Source: Chrysomallon squamiferum
Lineage: Eukaryota > Animalia > Mollusca
Length of the DNA: 64,000 bases
Direction of reading: 5' to 3'
NCBI GenBank assembly: GCA_012295275.1
Contig: CM022669.1
Location: 18,042,001-18,106,000 of the forward strand
Shown here: in pieces, positions 38,867 through 53,400 of the stretch
Layout: each line of letters begins with the position of its first letter
How positions within the stretch are numbered: the stretch's first letter is position 1
The notes under the pieces: generated by a model
Databases searched by the model: none
Seen by the model: only the letters and a program-made list of their open reading frames with translations
Told to the model about the DNA's origin: nothing
Position numbers and translations under genes: made by a program

Positions 38867-41800
38867 TCTTGTATTTAAATTTAAACAGAAAAATAGTCTG
38901 AAATGAAAACAAAATCATTTACACATGTAAATGCAAAAATGTTCACAAAAGATTATACTTCTCTCTCACCCTTTCTTCTTTTTTATTTTTCTGATTATAA
39001 GAACCTAATGATTTTATATACTTCACAAATTGCCTTATGTAAGTAAATACCTTGTCATAATGTCGTGGTTCACACTGGTCACACAGGTAATGTTCAACGT
39101 CTCCCTTAACACCAACACAATCACAATGCTGCCAGATCTGAAAGTGTTTTAATAAATTATTTTTAATTCATGGAATTACAATTTTTTTTAATAAAGTAAC
39201 TTTAAATAATCTTACGTTATACAAAATAATAATAATAATAATCATAATAATAATAATAATAATAAAAAACACTAATAAAAAATAAAATAGAATCTTTAAA
39301 TCTTAATTTTTACATCAGTAATCTTAACATCTAATATAATACTGTTTCTTTTAGAAAAATTACAATTTTAGCAGATATTTTCCAAATTAATTCTGTATAC
39401 ACGTACACTTTCCACTGAGATTAAAATTCAAAAAACAATCATGTAGAAAATAATTGTCAGAGTGGGTAATATTAGTGTTTTTTCTTGTTAAAATAAGCCT
39501 GTGGATAATGCTAATGATAAATTTAAAGAGAGAAATTAGTGGAGAATACTCACAGAACATTTCTCACACATTATCATGAGTCCCTCATCTCTAAATACAC
39601 CACAGATGCAACGAATCACTTCTTCTTCTTCATCATCTTCCATTTCTAGTAAAAAGATAATACCAAAACTAGAGAAAATGTATACTTTTTTTTTTTTTAT
39701 CAAGTAGATATAGATATATATATATATATATATATTTATATAAATGGAAAAAGTTACAAAAAACAGAGGTATCCAATTTCATTAATTCATAAACAATTTA
39801 AAAATCAATAAAAAAAATAAATTAAAATTAAAAAGTATTTAGTCTGATTCTAAAAATACTTTTAAGTGATGTTTTACAGGCTACATGTTCTTTAAAATTA
39901 AACAGAACATAATCATACCTTTGATTTCAGGTAGATCTGCAGTTTCTGGTTCTGGAGGGATAGTCTGGATGGGAGATTCTCCAGCCAGTTTCTGAAGTTC
40001 TTGTATAGCCTCAGCCTTGGCAGCAGCATAAACTTTCCGCAACCGTTGGAGTGTGCGTCCCATTTCAGATCTCTTTCCACAATACACCTATAGTAGTTTA
40101 ATAAATATTTTAAAATATCTTATGATGCCTGGGACTGTAGATTTAAAAGCTTTACAGAATTTACTCAAATAATGACATAATACATTTTATTATGAAATGT
40201 GAAACTGGCAAGAAAGATGCCGGCCAAGACTTCAATTTTTATAAATTTCAATGCCATTTTAAGCACACACACATATATATATATATATATATAAAAAAAA
40301 TGCAACTGTAATTAAAATTATATACTGCGTTTAAAAAAGTATTCTTATCTTTCATATGGATGCAAAGAAATGCCCAAACTCAATGACTAAAATCTATTTA
40401 TTTTTCTTTACTAAAGTACATTAAAAATAATTAAACAAAATAATTTAAATAAATAATTTTTTTCCAAAGTTTAAAAAGAAATAATTTAAAAAAAAAAAAT
40501 TAAGAATTTATGAAATGTAAGACTAACAAATCTAACTGTCACAAAACTGCTAGTTTATTTTGACACTAACCTCTACATTCTTGAAAAGTCTGAGAATTTC
40601 ACTGTCAACATTTTCCAGTTTTGTATATCTTCCCTTGTTAATGCCTTTACATATTGCATTCAGGTCAATGGGATCTTCAATGACTTTATAATACTCTGGA
40701 TGTTTTCTTCGGGATGGCAGAGTCATTAGTGGAGTGGCTATAAAATAACCTTCATCATCTGTAACACAAAAAATTTTTATTTTAGGGGGAGGGGGAATAT
40801 GTTAGCCTTTCATCCAAATATATTAAAAATATTCAGCATCATTTTTGTGCTGATGAAAGCAATCAGGAACTGCTTCTGACAAGTGAGATGTATATAATAA
40901 TTACCTTTGTAAGAAGTGATGGCTTCTACCATTTTCTGGAAGATTTTCACAATCTTGTAACGTTTGTGAAGTTCTGGATTGTCTTCAGCAAATGCTGCCA
41001 ATCTGAAGCAAAGAATAAACTTTAAGTAACATAAATAATACGTATATATTACAAATTTTAAAAAAAAATGTTTATTATGTAAATTGTCCTGTAACTGTAT
41101 CCAACTTGAATTGGAGCATAACAGACCAACCTCAGTGAAACCTGAATCCCTTTGACCATAATCTTTTGCAATTTATGAACAATCATATTCCTACAAGACA
41201 TTATTAACCATATTTTCCAAAGCAAATTTAATGTTTTTCTCTCCATATAAAAAGGCCACAAATAGTCCACAATTGTTCCATTTTTTTTTAATTTACCAAG
41301 ATGATTTACCCCTCCAAAAAAAGCCTTAGATATTTAAAAAGCATACAAAACACCCCTGCTAATGTACAAATATAAATTAAAAAAATTAATAAAAGAAGCA
41401 CATACAGTTTGGTCTCTAACCTGGTTTTCACAGATCTGTCACCAAGTTGGGTAAAGAAAACGTCAGGTTTCATCACAGACATTTCTTTAAGCACTTCAGA
41501 TCCATTCTCATGACCAGTGTCGGATGGTGTGTTCTTCTTCTCTCTAACTTTGTCAATGTTCCTCACCAAAAATATACAGTGTTTCCTTGCATAACACCGT
41601 TCCCTGTTCGACATGGGTTTCAGCAGTGACTGGGCAGATTTAGACAGACTCATGGATTCTCCTTGTTGCTTTGTCTATAAAAAACCGCAACCAAATCAAT
41701 TATTATGAAGTGAAAATGTTTAATTATAATTTTAATAAATGTTTGAAGAAGAATGGAAAAAAAAAAATAATAAAAAATTACTATTTATCATTTTTTAAAA

Positions 41801-44800
41801 ATTCATTTTGAATAACATTTTCCCATCATATCTTTAAAAACAAATTATAATTTCAGTTAACTGATTTCTTTTACTGAATGTAAAATTCTGGTTTTTAAAT
41901 AAACAAGAAATCAAGATTTTGTGTAGTTAACTATATCTATATTACTAATGATTATGTTAGTATGTTAAGCATTTAAGTAGAAAATCAATTACATTGTGAC
42001 ATTTGTTTCAACAGTAAGATTAAAAGCAGTTAGCTATATGAGAACAGGGTACAAAATTCTAAATACTTCTTTTAATAACTATTTGTGAAAATCAAACTCG
42101 AACATGGATGTTATCTTAATTGTTGCGGCTACTTATTTGATATTTTATAGGAATTTAATATAAACACAAACAGTGTAAAAAGGTTACTTTTAAGCTAACT
42201 GAAATTTTGTACCCTGCTGGATAATTAAGTTAGTTCAGTTTCCATAGCTGACATCAAAATAAGCAGATTTGGGAATGATCAACTATACGGAAATTCAAAT
42301 GAGATGAGTCAGTGAATTATTTTAATTATAATCAAGATTAAGTTACAGTTAATAATAAACTGTAATATATTTATAAATTCATGCTGTATCTCAGTACCCA
42401 ATTCTGTTTATTTTAATCTCTGCAAGATGACAAAAGTTATCTGACAATGATTAAATGATTATGATCTGCATGCAGACTCCATCTAGGAACCATGACTCTA
42501 CATTACAACAAGTATAGAGAAATGAAAGTCAGGAAGAGGACATTTTCTTTTCCAGAGAAATACAGGAGTGGAAAACATCAGAATAAAAATGATTTCACTG
42601 GACATTTTTGTGAAATCATTTTCTGGAAGAAAGAACTACAACATATATAGAGATATATAAGTATAAAGGCGAACGTAAGTCAGGTTTAAGGCTTAGCTGT
42701 AATTAAAGATTATTTATGGGGTTTTTTTTTTTTTTTTTCAGTTTTGGAAAAACAAATATGTTGAAAAACTTACTCTAAATTTTTTATGTCTTCCATTCCT
42801 TTATAGCAAAAAATAATTCTTCATCACAAGCAGAATTAAAAACAATAACTGATGGGAAAGAAATGACCAGCATTTTCATGTTTTCTTAACATCTGTGCTT
42901 GCAGTGTTCCTGTAATTAGCATAAAGATGTATGGGATCTTTGTACCAATTAACAAGAACAATGCATGTTAAGATGACGCACCTTTTGCTTATTACTCTTT
43001 AACCTGTTAATTGACTTTCGTTTGTCTTTAGGTTTTTCCTTAGGCCTCCCACCAGGGCGAGGACCAGAGGGTGCCTTCTCTCTCACCTGAGCACCACGCT
43101 GTGCTTTACCTCCAATCACTCCTCGACACTTCTCACTCCCACACTTACAGGTTTGCTGAAAATAAGAGCAAATACAAATAAAGATGAAGAAGAAGAAGAA
43201 AATAACAAATATTTTTCTAGAAACAACCGTCTTTCTACTTTGATAAAAGTAATGTTTTGCTTTTTTAAAAAACAAATTACATCACATCATGGCAAAAGGA
43301 AGCAAGTAACACTTTTCTGAAAATTTCATTTATGTGTCCATAGCCATGTGGAAGTATGATGCGATATATTTACACGGCAAAAAGAAACTAATTAGTTTTG
43401 AGAGACAACTAAGGTTCTGTTTGTTTTGCTTGTTTTCTCAAACCTGAAACTGTGACATGCTTAATTTTGCTAAGTCAGGGCAATATTACTAAGATGATTT
43501 AAAAAAAAATAAAAATAAAAACAATAAGCCCATGTATCTACCTGGGCTTCAAGGTTGAAAACCTTAAAGTTGTAGTCATATCCCAGTTCTTCACCTGGCT
43601 TGATGTCTCGTAAAGCAAATAATCCCATGCGGTAAAGGCCATTTGCATTCCTGTAACAAACAAACAAAAAAAAGAATAATAATAAAAAAATTAAAAATAA
43701 AAAACAATTATAATTGTGATTCTTTAACTTTATTAAAAAAAAAAAAAAAACCAAAAACAAGGATTTTATTGAGCCGAACCTATCATTTGTAATTTATCCT
43801 TGATTTTTAACAACAGAAGAATATGATTTTGATGACATACTAATTAGTCATAAGAAAATAATTAATATAAGAGTATTTATCTATTTTGTTTCTTTTTAAT
43901 TATCATGTACGTATGGACACAGCTGATATATTTATGACAGTTAGCTTTATCCTAACAGGAAAGAAAACAAAATTTAACAGAAATAATCATTTGAAAACTC
44001 ACCATTTCTGAATCTCACAGTTGGGTTCACAGAAGTGGTTAACAAAACGACATAGGTTGCCCATTCTGTAGCCATCAATGACAGCTCCCCGGTCTAAGTT
44101 CAGGCAGTAGTGATGGTGCTCCCCTGCATATTCTTCAGACATTCTGCGACGAAATTCTTGTTCACTGACCACCTCTCCAGTGTATTCAACAATGAAATTA
44201 CCTTAAAATACAAATCACTTGATATAAAAACTACAATGATAGTGCTTCTGAATTATTCTTAAAATTTACTGGTAAGTATCTATATGCTGAACAAACCAAA
44301 AGATAATAATCTGTCCATATGTTCTTTAAAAAAAAAAAAAAAAAGTTAAATAAATATTTTTTTAAACTAAGTTGAACTGAACTGAACTGAACTGAAGTGA
44401 ATGGAACTGAAAAGAATAAAACAAAATAAAATAAAATAAAATAAATCTTTCAGAGATACCATTTAAAAAAATTTCACTACACATACCCGCTTCAATAGGA
44501 TAGTGGGTTCTGACTCCATATCCTCTATCTTTGGTTTCAAATAGCTCCAGACCTGGTGCCCACTCATGTCTCTGAAATCTCTGATTAGAACACTGCTCAC
44601 TGTATGGACAGGTGTTTGGTGTGCATTCCGTGTATATCATTCTGAAAATGTTTATAAAAAGAAACTCTTTAAAATAATAATATAACTAATATTTCATAAA
44701 TGCTGTCCTGTTATATATAAATTTTATTGTTCCAATTCACTGAGTATCTGTACATGCATGTATACACACCAAAAATATTTTAAAATTTGTTTAATTAAAA

Positions 44801-47305
44801 TTATTCAAACAACATATTAAAATATCATTTTATAAAAAGGAAGAAACAATTAAATGTTTTTTAAATCCCACACACTCCCAAAGTAACTAAGTAATTTGTG
44901 TATTTTTTGTTTCGAAATAAAATAAATACACATTTTTTGCAGTAATAAAATATCTGGTCATTTAATTTATATCAAGGAATCCTGGTGATTTGTAATCAGT
45001 ATTTAACAAGTTTTCAGCTTACCGATTAAGACAATCCTCTCCACAGGCCCGTTCATTCTCATTTTGTGGTTTTTTACATGAACAGGACTGAGGTTCTGGT
45101 CTGTTTGTAGGCTTGTAATCGTAGTAAACATCTGTGATATGGAAATGAAAATCAATGTAACACAAGTTGACAACTATTAAAAAAACAATAACAAACATTT
45201 AATATAGAAATCTATAATTTCTCGTTTCATTCATCATGAAAAAAAAAAAAAGAAGAAAAATAGAAAAGAAAAATGGGACAAAAACAAATTATAAATAAAG
45301 AAAAAAGAAAAAATATAATTAAAATAAAATAATAAATTACTAAAACTATAAATCTGCATATCGTTATATTCATTTTCTTCGCTACAATGCAAATGAAAAT
45401 GGCAACAACGGGTTATAAGACACCTGAAGTTAAAAAAAGATATCAGTAGCCAAAAACAAATCTACAACTTATTCTCTTTAACTTTGTTTTCTTTTAAAAA
45501 CAAATAAACTTTGAACAGTTTAGCTTTATGAATCAACTTACTATTTCTGATTTTCTTATATTTAGCTCTTGGCTCTTCCTTCTTAGGCAGCTAAAAAATA
45601 AAAAAAATAAAAAGTGAGATATACCCACATATATATAAATATATATATACATACATTTGTACACACCTATCTAACCCCACACAAACACACACACCATAAT
45701 CATTAACATATCATCTGGCTCCATCCCAAAATATTTAACATTTATATTTGAAATTTTATATTTAAACAAATTCTTTCAAATTTAAAGTTATGAACATCTA
45801 AGAAAGAAAGACATTTTTAAAAAAAAAAATTTAAAAATATTATATTCCATACCAAATTGTAATTATGCATCCACCAGAGATCAAATGGTAGCTGGAAGTC
45901 GACTTGTCGTTTACGGAGGTAGCCATCAACATAAAGAGGTGGTGGTGGAGGAAAACCATCAGGGAAATCATCTGGATTGTAAACCTGCCGATCTTTCGAT
46001 TTTGGATTACTTTCAGAATGTTTTCGAGGGCTGAAAAAAATAAAAAATAAAAAAGGAATAATAATAATAATAAAAAAATTTAAATAAATTAAACATTTAA
46101 AAAGTTATTTATATAACATACTTTTTATAAAAGGCACTCTAATACCTTTATACAGGTAAACAGTTATTTTTTTTCTAGTATTTATTTTGGTTTTTCAACA
46201 GGCCTGAGTGATTCATCAAACAAAAAAATATAATAAGAAACACATGCACAAAATAGTATATGTTTAAAATAAAAACAGCTGACACATCAACTTATTTACT
46301 TGACAGTCTTCATTAAGTATTTAAAATGTCTCCAGGAAAATATGTCCAATAGTATGAGTGCTTGTTGTTTATTATTTTCAGTTCCACTAATACTAATCAT
46401 ATTTGAATGATATTAACAACACAGATCATTTCAGTGGTAACACATGTATGAGACAAAAAACATGGTTCAACATATTCCCATCATTTTAAAAGGTCTCATG
46501 CTGTTCTTTATTACATGTAATGGCTGCAGGAGGCATCTTTTTTTCTTTCTTTTTTTATATCATCATGATTTTATATAATAAATAATATTTAGAAAATAAT
46601 GTAATTCCTGCAGTCATTAAATCACATAGGCACTTGTTTTCTGTGAAGATGTTTGATGATTTTATGTATAATGGAAAATTGTATACAATTGTGTATTTTT
46701 GGTGGATTATCATAATTTTTTATTATTATTATTATTATAATTTTTTAAATATATAAATAAAATACATGTGTGTATGTGTGTTTTGTGGTTGGGGGGGGTG
46801 GAACATTTCAAGGGAGATAATTCAGAAAAGTTCTCCTCCATCCATTTATTTTCCCACTGTATTTTTATTTCATTTGTATGTATCCTGAAACTTGTAAATC
46901 TTTAAAAAATCTCACTTTCTATGTATCTACAAATGTACAATTTCACACAAAATAATTTAATAAAAGATCTGATGCTTTCAGGATAGTAAATACTTATTAT
47001 TTACATTTCCTAAATTATGTAACGTTTTTTAAATGTGTTTGTTAAACTTTAACTCCTATTAGACTGAAATATCAGAATGACATTTCTTATTGGGTTTTGG
47101 ATTTTGTTTTTCTTCTAAGCTGCCATTTGTTTTTGCTGAAATAAAAACTTAACAACCAGCCATAAATGCAAAATGCACAAAATAATTCAACAAACTGAAA
47201 GGAGATATGGGTTGAAGAATTATGCAGCCGTATTTTTCAGTAATAAATAAAGTTGTAGATTTTAAAAAAATGTTAAAAAAATAGATAAATAAAAATAAAT
47301 CAATA

Positions 47306-47372
<67 letters not shown>

Positions 47373-47460
47373 CAAATATAAAGGAATTGAGAGCAATGAC
47401 AAAAAAATTTAAATAAATAAATAAATAAAAATTTACATTATAAAATCAAAAATAAAATCA

Positions 47461-47499
<39 letters not shown>

Positions 47500-50400
47500 A
47501 AACAAAGGAAAGTAAAAATAATAGTTAAGATAGAAATTCAAGTTTATGAAAGTATAAATGTCATAGAAGAAAATCCTGTTAAATGCGTAATTTAACTGAT
47601 TAAGCAGTAAATGACGCATAAAACCCACAACATCTCTCTGCTATTAGAAGCTTTAGAAGAATCGTTATATCTTAATTCGTCACAATGGCTGGAGGTTGTC
47701 TTTAATCAATGCTCAGACATGTATTCATTATTTATAAAGCATCACAGCATAACAGTGATTAATACACTGCAGTCACATGGTGTTCAATCACTAGTCCTAT
47801 TAAATCAATTGATTCAGAAGGCATGACAAATGTATGGTTAGCCTAATCCCATCACAATACATTTCCCACAGATGTAATTACGCAGTTAACACAAGCATCT
47901 TCTGATCAACGTCGTCTGTTACTTGTCACCAGCGCTGCTGTGTTCAGGCAAGCAGTGACAATGGATTTTTGGCAAACAACTTTTTATTTGAAAAGAAAAT
48001 AGAGTCCAGACAGAACATGTTGAAGTCCCATCATTTGAGCTCCATTGCTTGGCAATAAATGAATACCAGCTGTCGCAGGTGGCCAGCTGCGAGCAAATAT
48101 TGTGGGGTTTCATAGAGCTTATAGGTGTAATAAAGTGGTCATTTCTAAACAACTTGTCTCAAAGCAATGTACAAAATGAAGATCATGACAGAGTGTTATT
48201 ATCTGATAAAAGAGAACGGAGTAGGCGGAGAAAATCTGCTGATATTGTGTGCTAAAATATTTCTCAACATAAATGATTAGTCAGATTCAGCTTGGAAAAA
48301 AAAAAAAAAAAAAATCAACAGATAACTGATTAAAAATGAGACAGTCTAGATTTTTTTTTCTTTTTTATTCCCATGAAAATTAATGAATAACACTTGCCAG
48401 ACAAAAGAAAATTGCCTTTTGTATATGACCCCTGAGTGTAGCATACATTGCTTGGTGTTATTGTCATGGTCCAGTGGTTGTGAAAAGAGACCTGGGATTT
48501 CTTGCTTTGTCCCATAACTGACGCTCTTTGCTAGCACTCAGAACACAAAAGATGTGATGACTTTTATTTCCACTTGAATGCTTTTTAACTGCTCCTCTCA
48601 GCGTCAACAGACAGCTAACATCTAAACCACTTATTTCTGGCAGGTTTCAACATCAAAACATCTTGTGGGATACCATCCACAGTTAATCATGGATAAAAGT
48701 TTTGTATGAAATATAATATTGATTAAGTGTTGTCAGTGTAATTCAATAGCTTGACAATGAGGCTTAACTTAATGTAATTAGTTCTGATGTAGGATCAGCT
48801 CTTATTTATGCAATTAATACAATTCCAATTTAGTATTCCAATACCCATTCCTTCTAATTAAACAGTATCATTATTTTTTGTTAATTGGTGTAAATTTCTT
48901 TTGTTGCTAGAGTTTCTATCAGTGTATTTCAGACAATGACACGTGAGCAAGGCAAACAATACATAACAAGTAATTATAAACATATTTGTGCTATCATTAT
49001 ATAAATAAAAAAATACACTTAAATATAAAACAAACAAAAAATATTACTTATGTGACTTTTCCATTTGTCATCATATGTGATAATTTATTTTGTATCAATT
49101 GTTAAGGAAAACACAAATGTTAAAACTATCAACCTAATATACATACTTGATAATTTTAGTGTTATTAAGTGATTTTTAATTTTACAGTCTGTTCTAAATA
49201 ATATAATATAAATTAGTGTGAACTAATTCTGAGTTGTGTTTGTTGTGGCATCTGGTGCTTCTTAATCTACTAAATGATTACCAAAGGGTGAATGACTTGT
49301 TTCACTAAAATATTTATATTTTCTTCCATATGCTAAATTGGTATTAATTTATTGTTTTTAAAGTCTTGTGGAGTTGGAAATGTAAAATAAAATGTCTTTT
49401 TTCTCTCTGTTTTATTCTAAGTTCTTAGACAACCATTTAATAACTATGTAAAATTGATATATATATTTTAGCCTTTTTTTTTCTTTTTTTTTAACTATTT
49501 GTTTGGTGACTCTTAGTTTTCTTTATATATTTTTTAGGATGATCAGAAAGGTGAATGAAACTAATGCTTGAAATTAAGTTCTGCTCCTGTGATAAAATTA
49601 ATTGAAACAAATTGCCCATAACAAGAAAGTGTAGTAGTAAAGGGTGAACAACAGTGAAATAGTTTTGAAACACAGGGTTACTGTATTCTACTCACAGGCC
49701 ATCTCTTTTTTCAGTCAGTGCTAAATGACCAGTATCTAAGCCAGTGAGTGATACGTTATTATTTTTACACATCTATAGATAATGCATATAAATGCAGCTA
49801 ACAATGACAGCAACCCTTGTAGTGCTGGCAGTATGTTTTCTTTCATACACCATTGCAAAAAAACAAAGCAACACCAAAACCCACCTGCTCAAAATAAAAA
49901 ATAAATAAATAAATAAATAAAAAATAAATAAATAAATAAAATAAAATAAAAAATAAAACAAATAACACAAATAATAAAAAATAAAAAAAATAAAAAAACT
50001 TTCACAAACCTAATTACCAAAGTTATTAAAATGGTTTGAAATAAAAGCCTTTCATTCATTGTTATTATTTAGTAAATGCACTCAGAAGATACTCACTCTT
50101 CTTCTTTGTAGAAGTCTGAAAACAGACCAACTCTTTGGTATCTTTTTCTAGGAGGATTAGCAGGATCAGCAAATCTACGTACAATGGGTGGACCAATTTC
50201 ATCAGAACTATCACATTCATCTGTGGAAAGGCTGAAGTATAAAAGAATTTCAGAGTTACTGAAGGAAAAAGATTCTATATTAAAATAATGCCATTGTTCA
50301 AGATTAATGATTTTTACATTTAATTATACTACCACTTTCAAAATAGCAAAATTTACATTTGAAAAAAAAAAAAAAAAAAAAAATTTAAAAATAAATAACT

Positions 50401-53400
50401 GCACAATACAAATTGATGTTAAATTTATATATACACAGGCATTTAATTTTTAAGATAGTTTATTTTACTTTCTAATTCAATGAAAAATGTATTTTGTTAC
50501 TCTTTTCTAGTTATGCATTTTATTTTGCATTTCTTATTTTATTTTCATTTAAAAAAAAAAAAAATGATGATAATAAATAAAATTAGTAAATAAAGTGGTG
50601 CATATCATAAAATGAAGTATGTACTAGTCAATAATAAAACTTTGAACAGGATATTTATAAAAACAGAAAAGGAACAATATCAGTGAGGATTAGATAAATG
50701 TATACAAATTAACAATAAGAAGAAAAATATATTTTAACATACCTGCTAGATGATACATCACCATCATCAAATGCAGTTCGTTTAACTTTGAGATTCTTTC
50801 TGAACAACAATCTTTTCCTCTTGCGACGTTTGTGAGGCAATGACTCTTGTTTTTCACTTGTTTTTGTTATCACAGAATCAATTAAATTACTAACACTGTC
50901 TGCAGACTTATTGCACAGATCGTTACTGTCAGGCGACACAATCACAGCTTTAGCATTTGATGAATTCACACAAATGTCTTTGGAGATTCCATTTTTAGAT
51001 TCCCTGTTCCCACAAGATCTGATTTTAAAGTTTCTGTCACTCACATACAGGCTTCGTTCTCGTCTAGACTTGTTTAGTTTTAACTTGCGCTTCTTGAAAC
51101 CATGTCTTTTCACAGAGCGGGACACTAATGACTGAGGTTTGATAGCACTATTGGAGAGCTTTGAAAATTTTGCTGCCTTTGAGTTGGGGGACTGGAGGGA
51201 TGAACACTCATTACTGGAAGCACCATCTATTGATGTAATGTCAAGGATTGGGGGAGATGGGTACGATGTTGTAGATGAACTGGAAGAAAGGTCATGATCA
51301 TGAGGAATACCTACATCCAATGGCTGTGTACATGTCTTGGATGCAAGCTGAGTAAACACAGTCTTGTCAGTACCTAAAAAAAGCAGGTGTATTTAGTGTG
51401 TTGAAAGCCAATGATAACACAGATATTTTAAGTTCTTTGCAATGTTAGATTAATGCTCCCATTAATAAATAAAAATATAAAATAAAATAATAAAATAATG
51501 ACAAAAAAAAGAGAAAATTGAAATATTTAAATTTTGAGAAAAAACAAAAAACATAATTCAGTGCAACTAAAATATTAAGTTAAAAATTTGAACTACTGTT
51601 TGTTCAGATTTAAATATTTATGTAACAGTAACACTGTATCAATGAGCAATAAATAGCTCAATTTACATATTAAAGTGACAGATATTATGTATACATTGGT
51701 AGAATAAAGGGACCAAAATCACAGAGAAAACTTTTTTTTTGAGTTTTTATATTTCACAGTAGTTGTTTGTAATAAAATAAAAGTTTATATTTGCAATCAG
51801 CTGTCTATTGATTTTGTCTATTGTTTCCCAATCACTGTTCTATTGCCACAATTTGATTTAAAAAGAGCTTTGTAACTTTGCTTACTGATAATTTGATCTA
51901 AATTATTAGAATTAAGGAGAATGAATCTAAGAATTGTAAACTGGAGTTAGCATGCTGCTACAAGAAATATTTCAACTTACACAGTCAGAAGCCTAACTAT
52001 CGGCAAATTATTATTATTTTTTTTTTTTTTTTTTTAAATTATGTTTACTGTTGAACAAAATTTAATAGATTAAATTTATTCAATATATATGACTTTATGT
52101 AAGCAATATCTCTCTGTCTGCCATAAACAGTACAAACGTATCATTGCTATATAATTCTTTCATTCTCTTTAAAACCAGTTCTGCAATAAAGTCAGTAAAA
52201 CAGACATGTCAACAATATTGTAATAATAATGACTCATCTCAAGCAGTGCATGCTGCAAAATTCAAAGCACTCATTATATTTTACAGCATGGGACAAGTAA
52301 AAACACTCTCTATTACTTCATGTATAAAACTACAAATGTTTCATTAATCTTCTCCTTCTGTACATGATTTACGTTCTGCAAAACCAATTAATTCTGAGAC
52401 CAGCTGTGGACCTTGATTAACTGACACACAGACTAACATATACAAGCTATCTATTTAAAAAAAGAAGAAGAAAAAGAAAAGAAAAAAGAAAAAGAAATAG
52501 CTCATACAAATGAATTAAAGCACTTCTCAATTCTCTGAGCAATTTAAGTGCTAAAATATGGTTAACACCATCTGTGATCCTTCTGTTTCTAAACTACAAC
52601 TGAATTTAACTAACAAATAAATAAGGAACAGTCTGCTAAGAGGTTATATTTGGAATAGTGTCAGGACTAGCTCTGTAGCAAGGAAAAGCACTCTGTTAGC
52701 TAGAAAATATCACTTCTAGTTCATCAGAATGTGTAAACTAAATGCATCTTATTGATTACTGTTATGATGGTGATTTAAAGCAAAGCTCACATACTTTAGA
52801 ACAATCAATAACAGAAAGCTGTCTTGCATTAAATGATTTGTTTGCTTTCCTCTACTTACTAGGGTAGGAAGTTGCATTAACCCCACAACTGAATGTATTC
52901 TGTAGTGTTAATAATATTGCACTCAGAATGTTAATGGCTTTCAATAAATAAAAACTAGTGGCATCTAGTTTCAATTCATATTTGATTTGTTATAGAAAAC
53001 ACTTACACAATTTTTGGTGGGGATTTGTTTTCTTCTTGTTTAAATGAGAAAGTAATTTTAGGTTCATAAACAACAATAAATATTGTTTTTAAAAAAAAGA
53101 AAAAAGAATGGGGAATCTCGGTATTTCACAATAATTATTCACAGATGGTGGTATTGTTTACTATTATGGTTGGTCACTTTCATCAATTTACATTATTTAA
53201 ATATTGTTTTATCTTTCTCTATTCATGTGTGCAGCTGTGCATGTATCTGTGTTCTCATGTAAAAAGGGAGTAGAACAAAACGGAATTTGCTTAATGTAAT
53301 TATGAATATAATATATTCTGACTACAGATGTTTATTTTATGTCAGTGAAACATTTTTGATCCAATTTAACTTAAAAACAATGTCTGCAGCATTTTTAAAA

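Noticed and set aside
42586-42622. 13-bp stem hairpin as a possible pre-miRNA
   Set aside because: Stem too short and AT-rich, and no recognisable mature miRNA.
52854-52900. Perfect GTAAGT donor on - in an ASH1L intron
   Set aside because: The possible exons (29 or 40 nt) and the nearby ATG are out of phase with the next exon.
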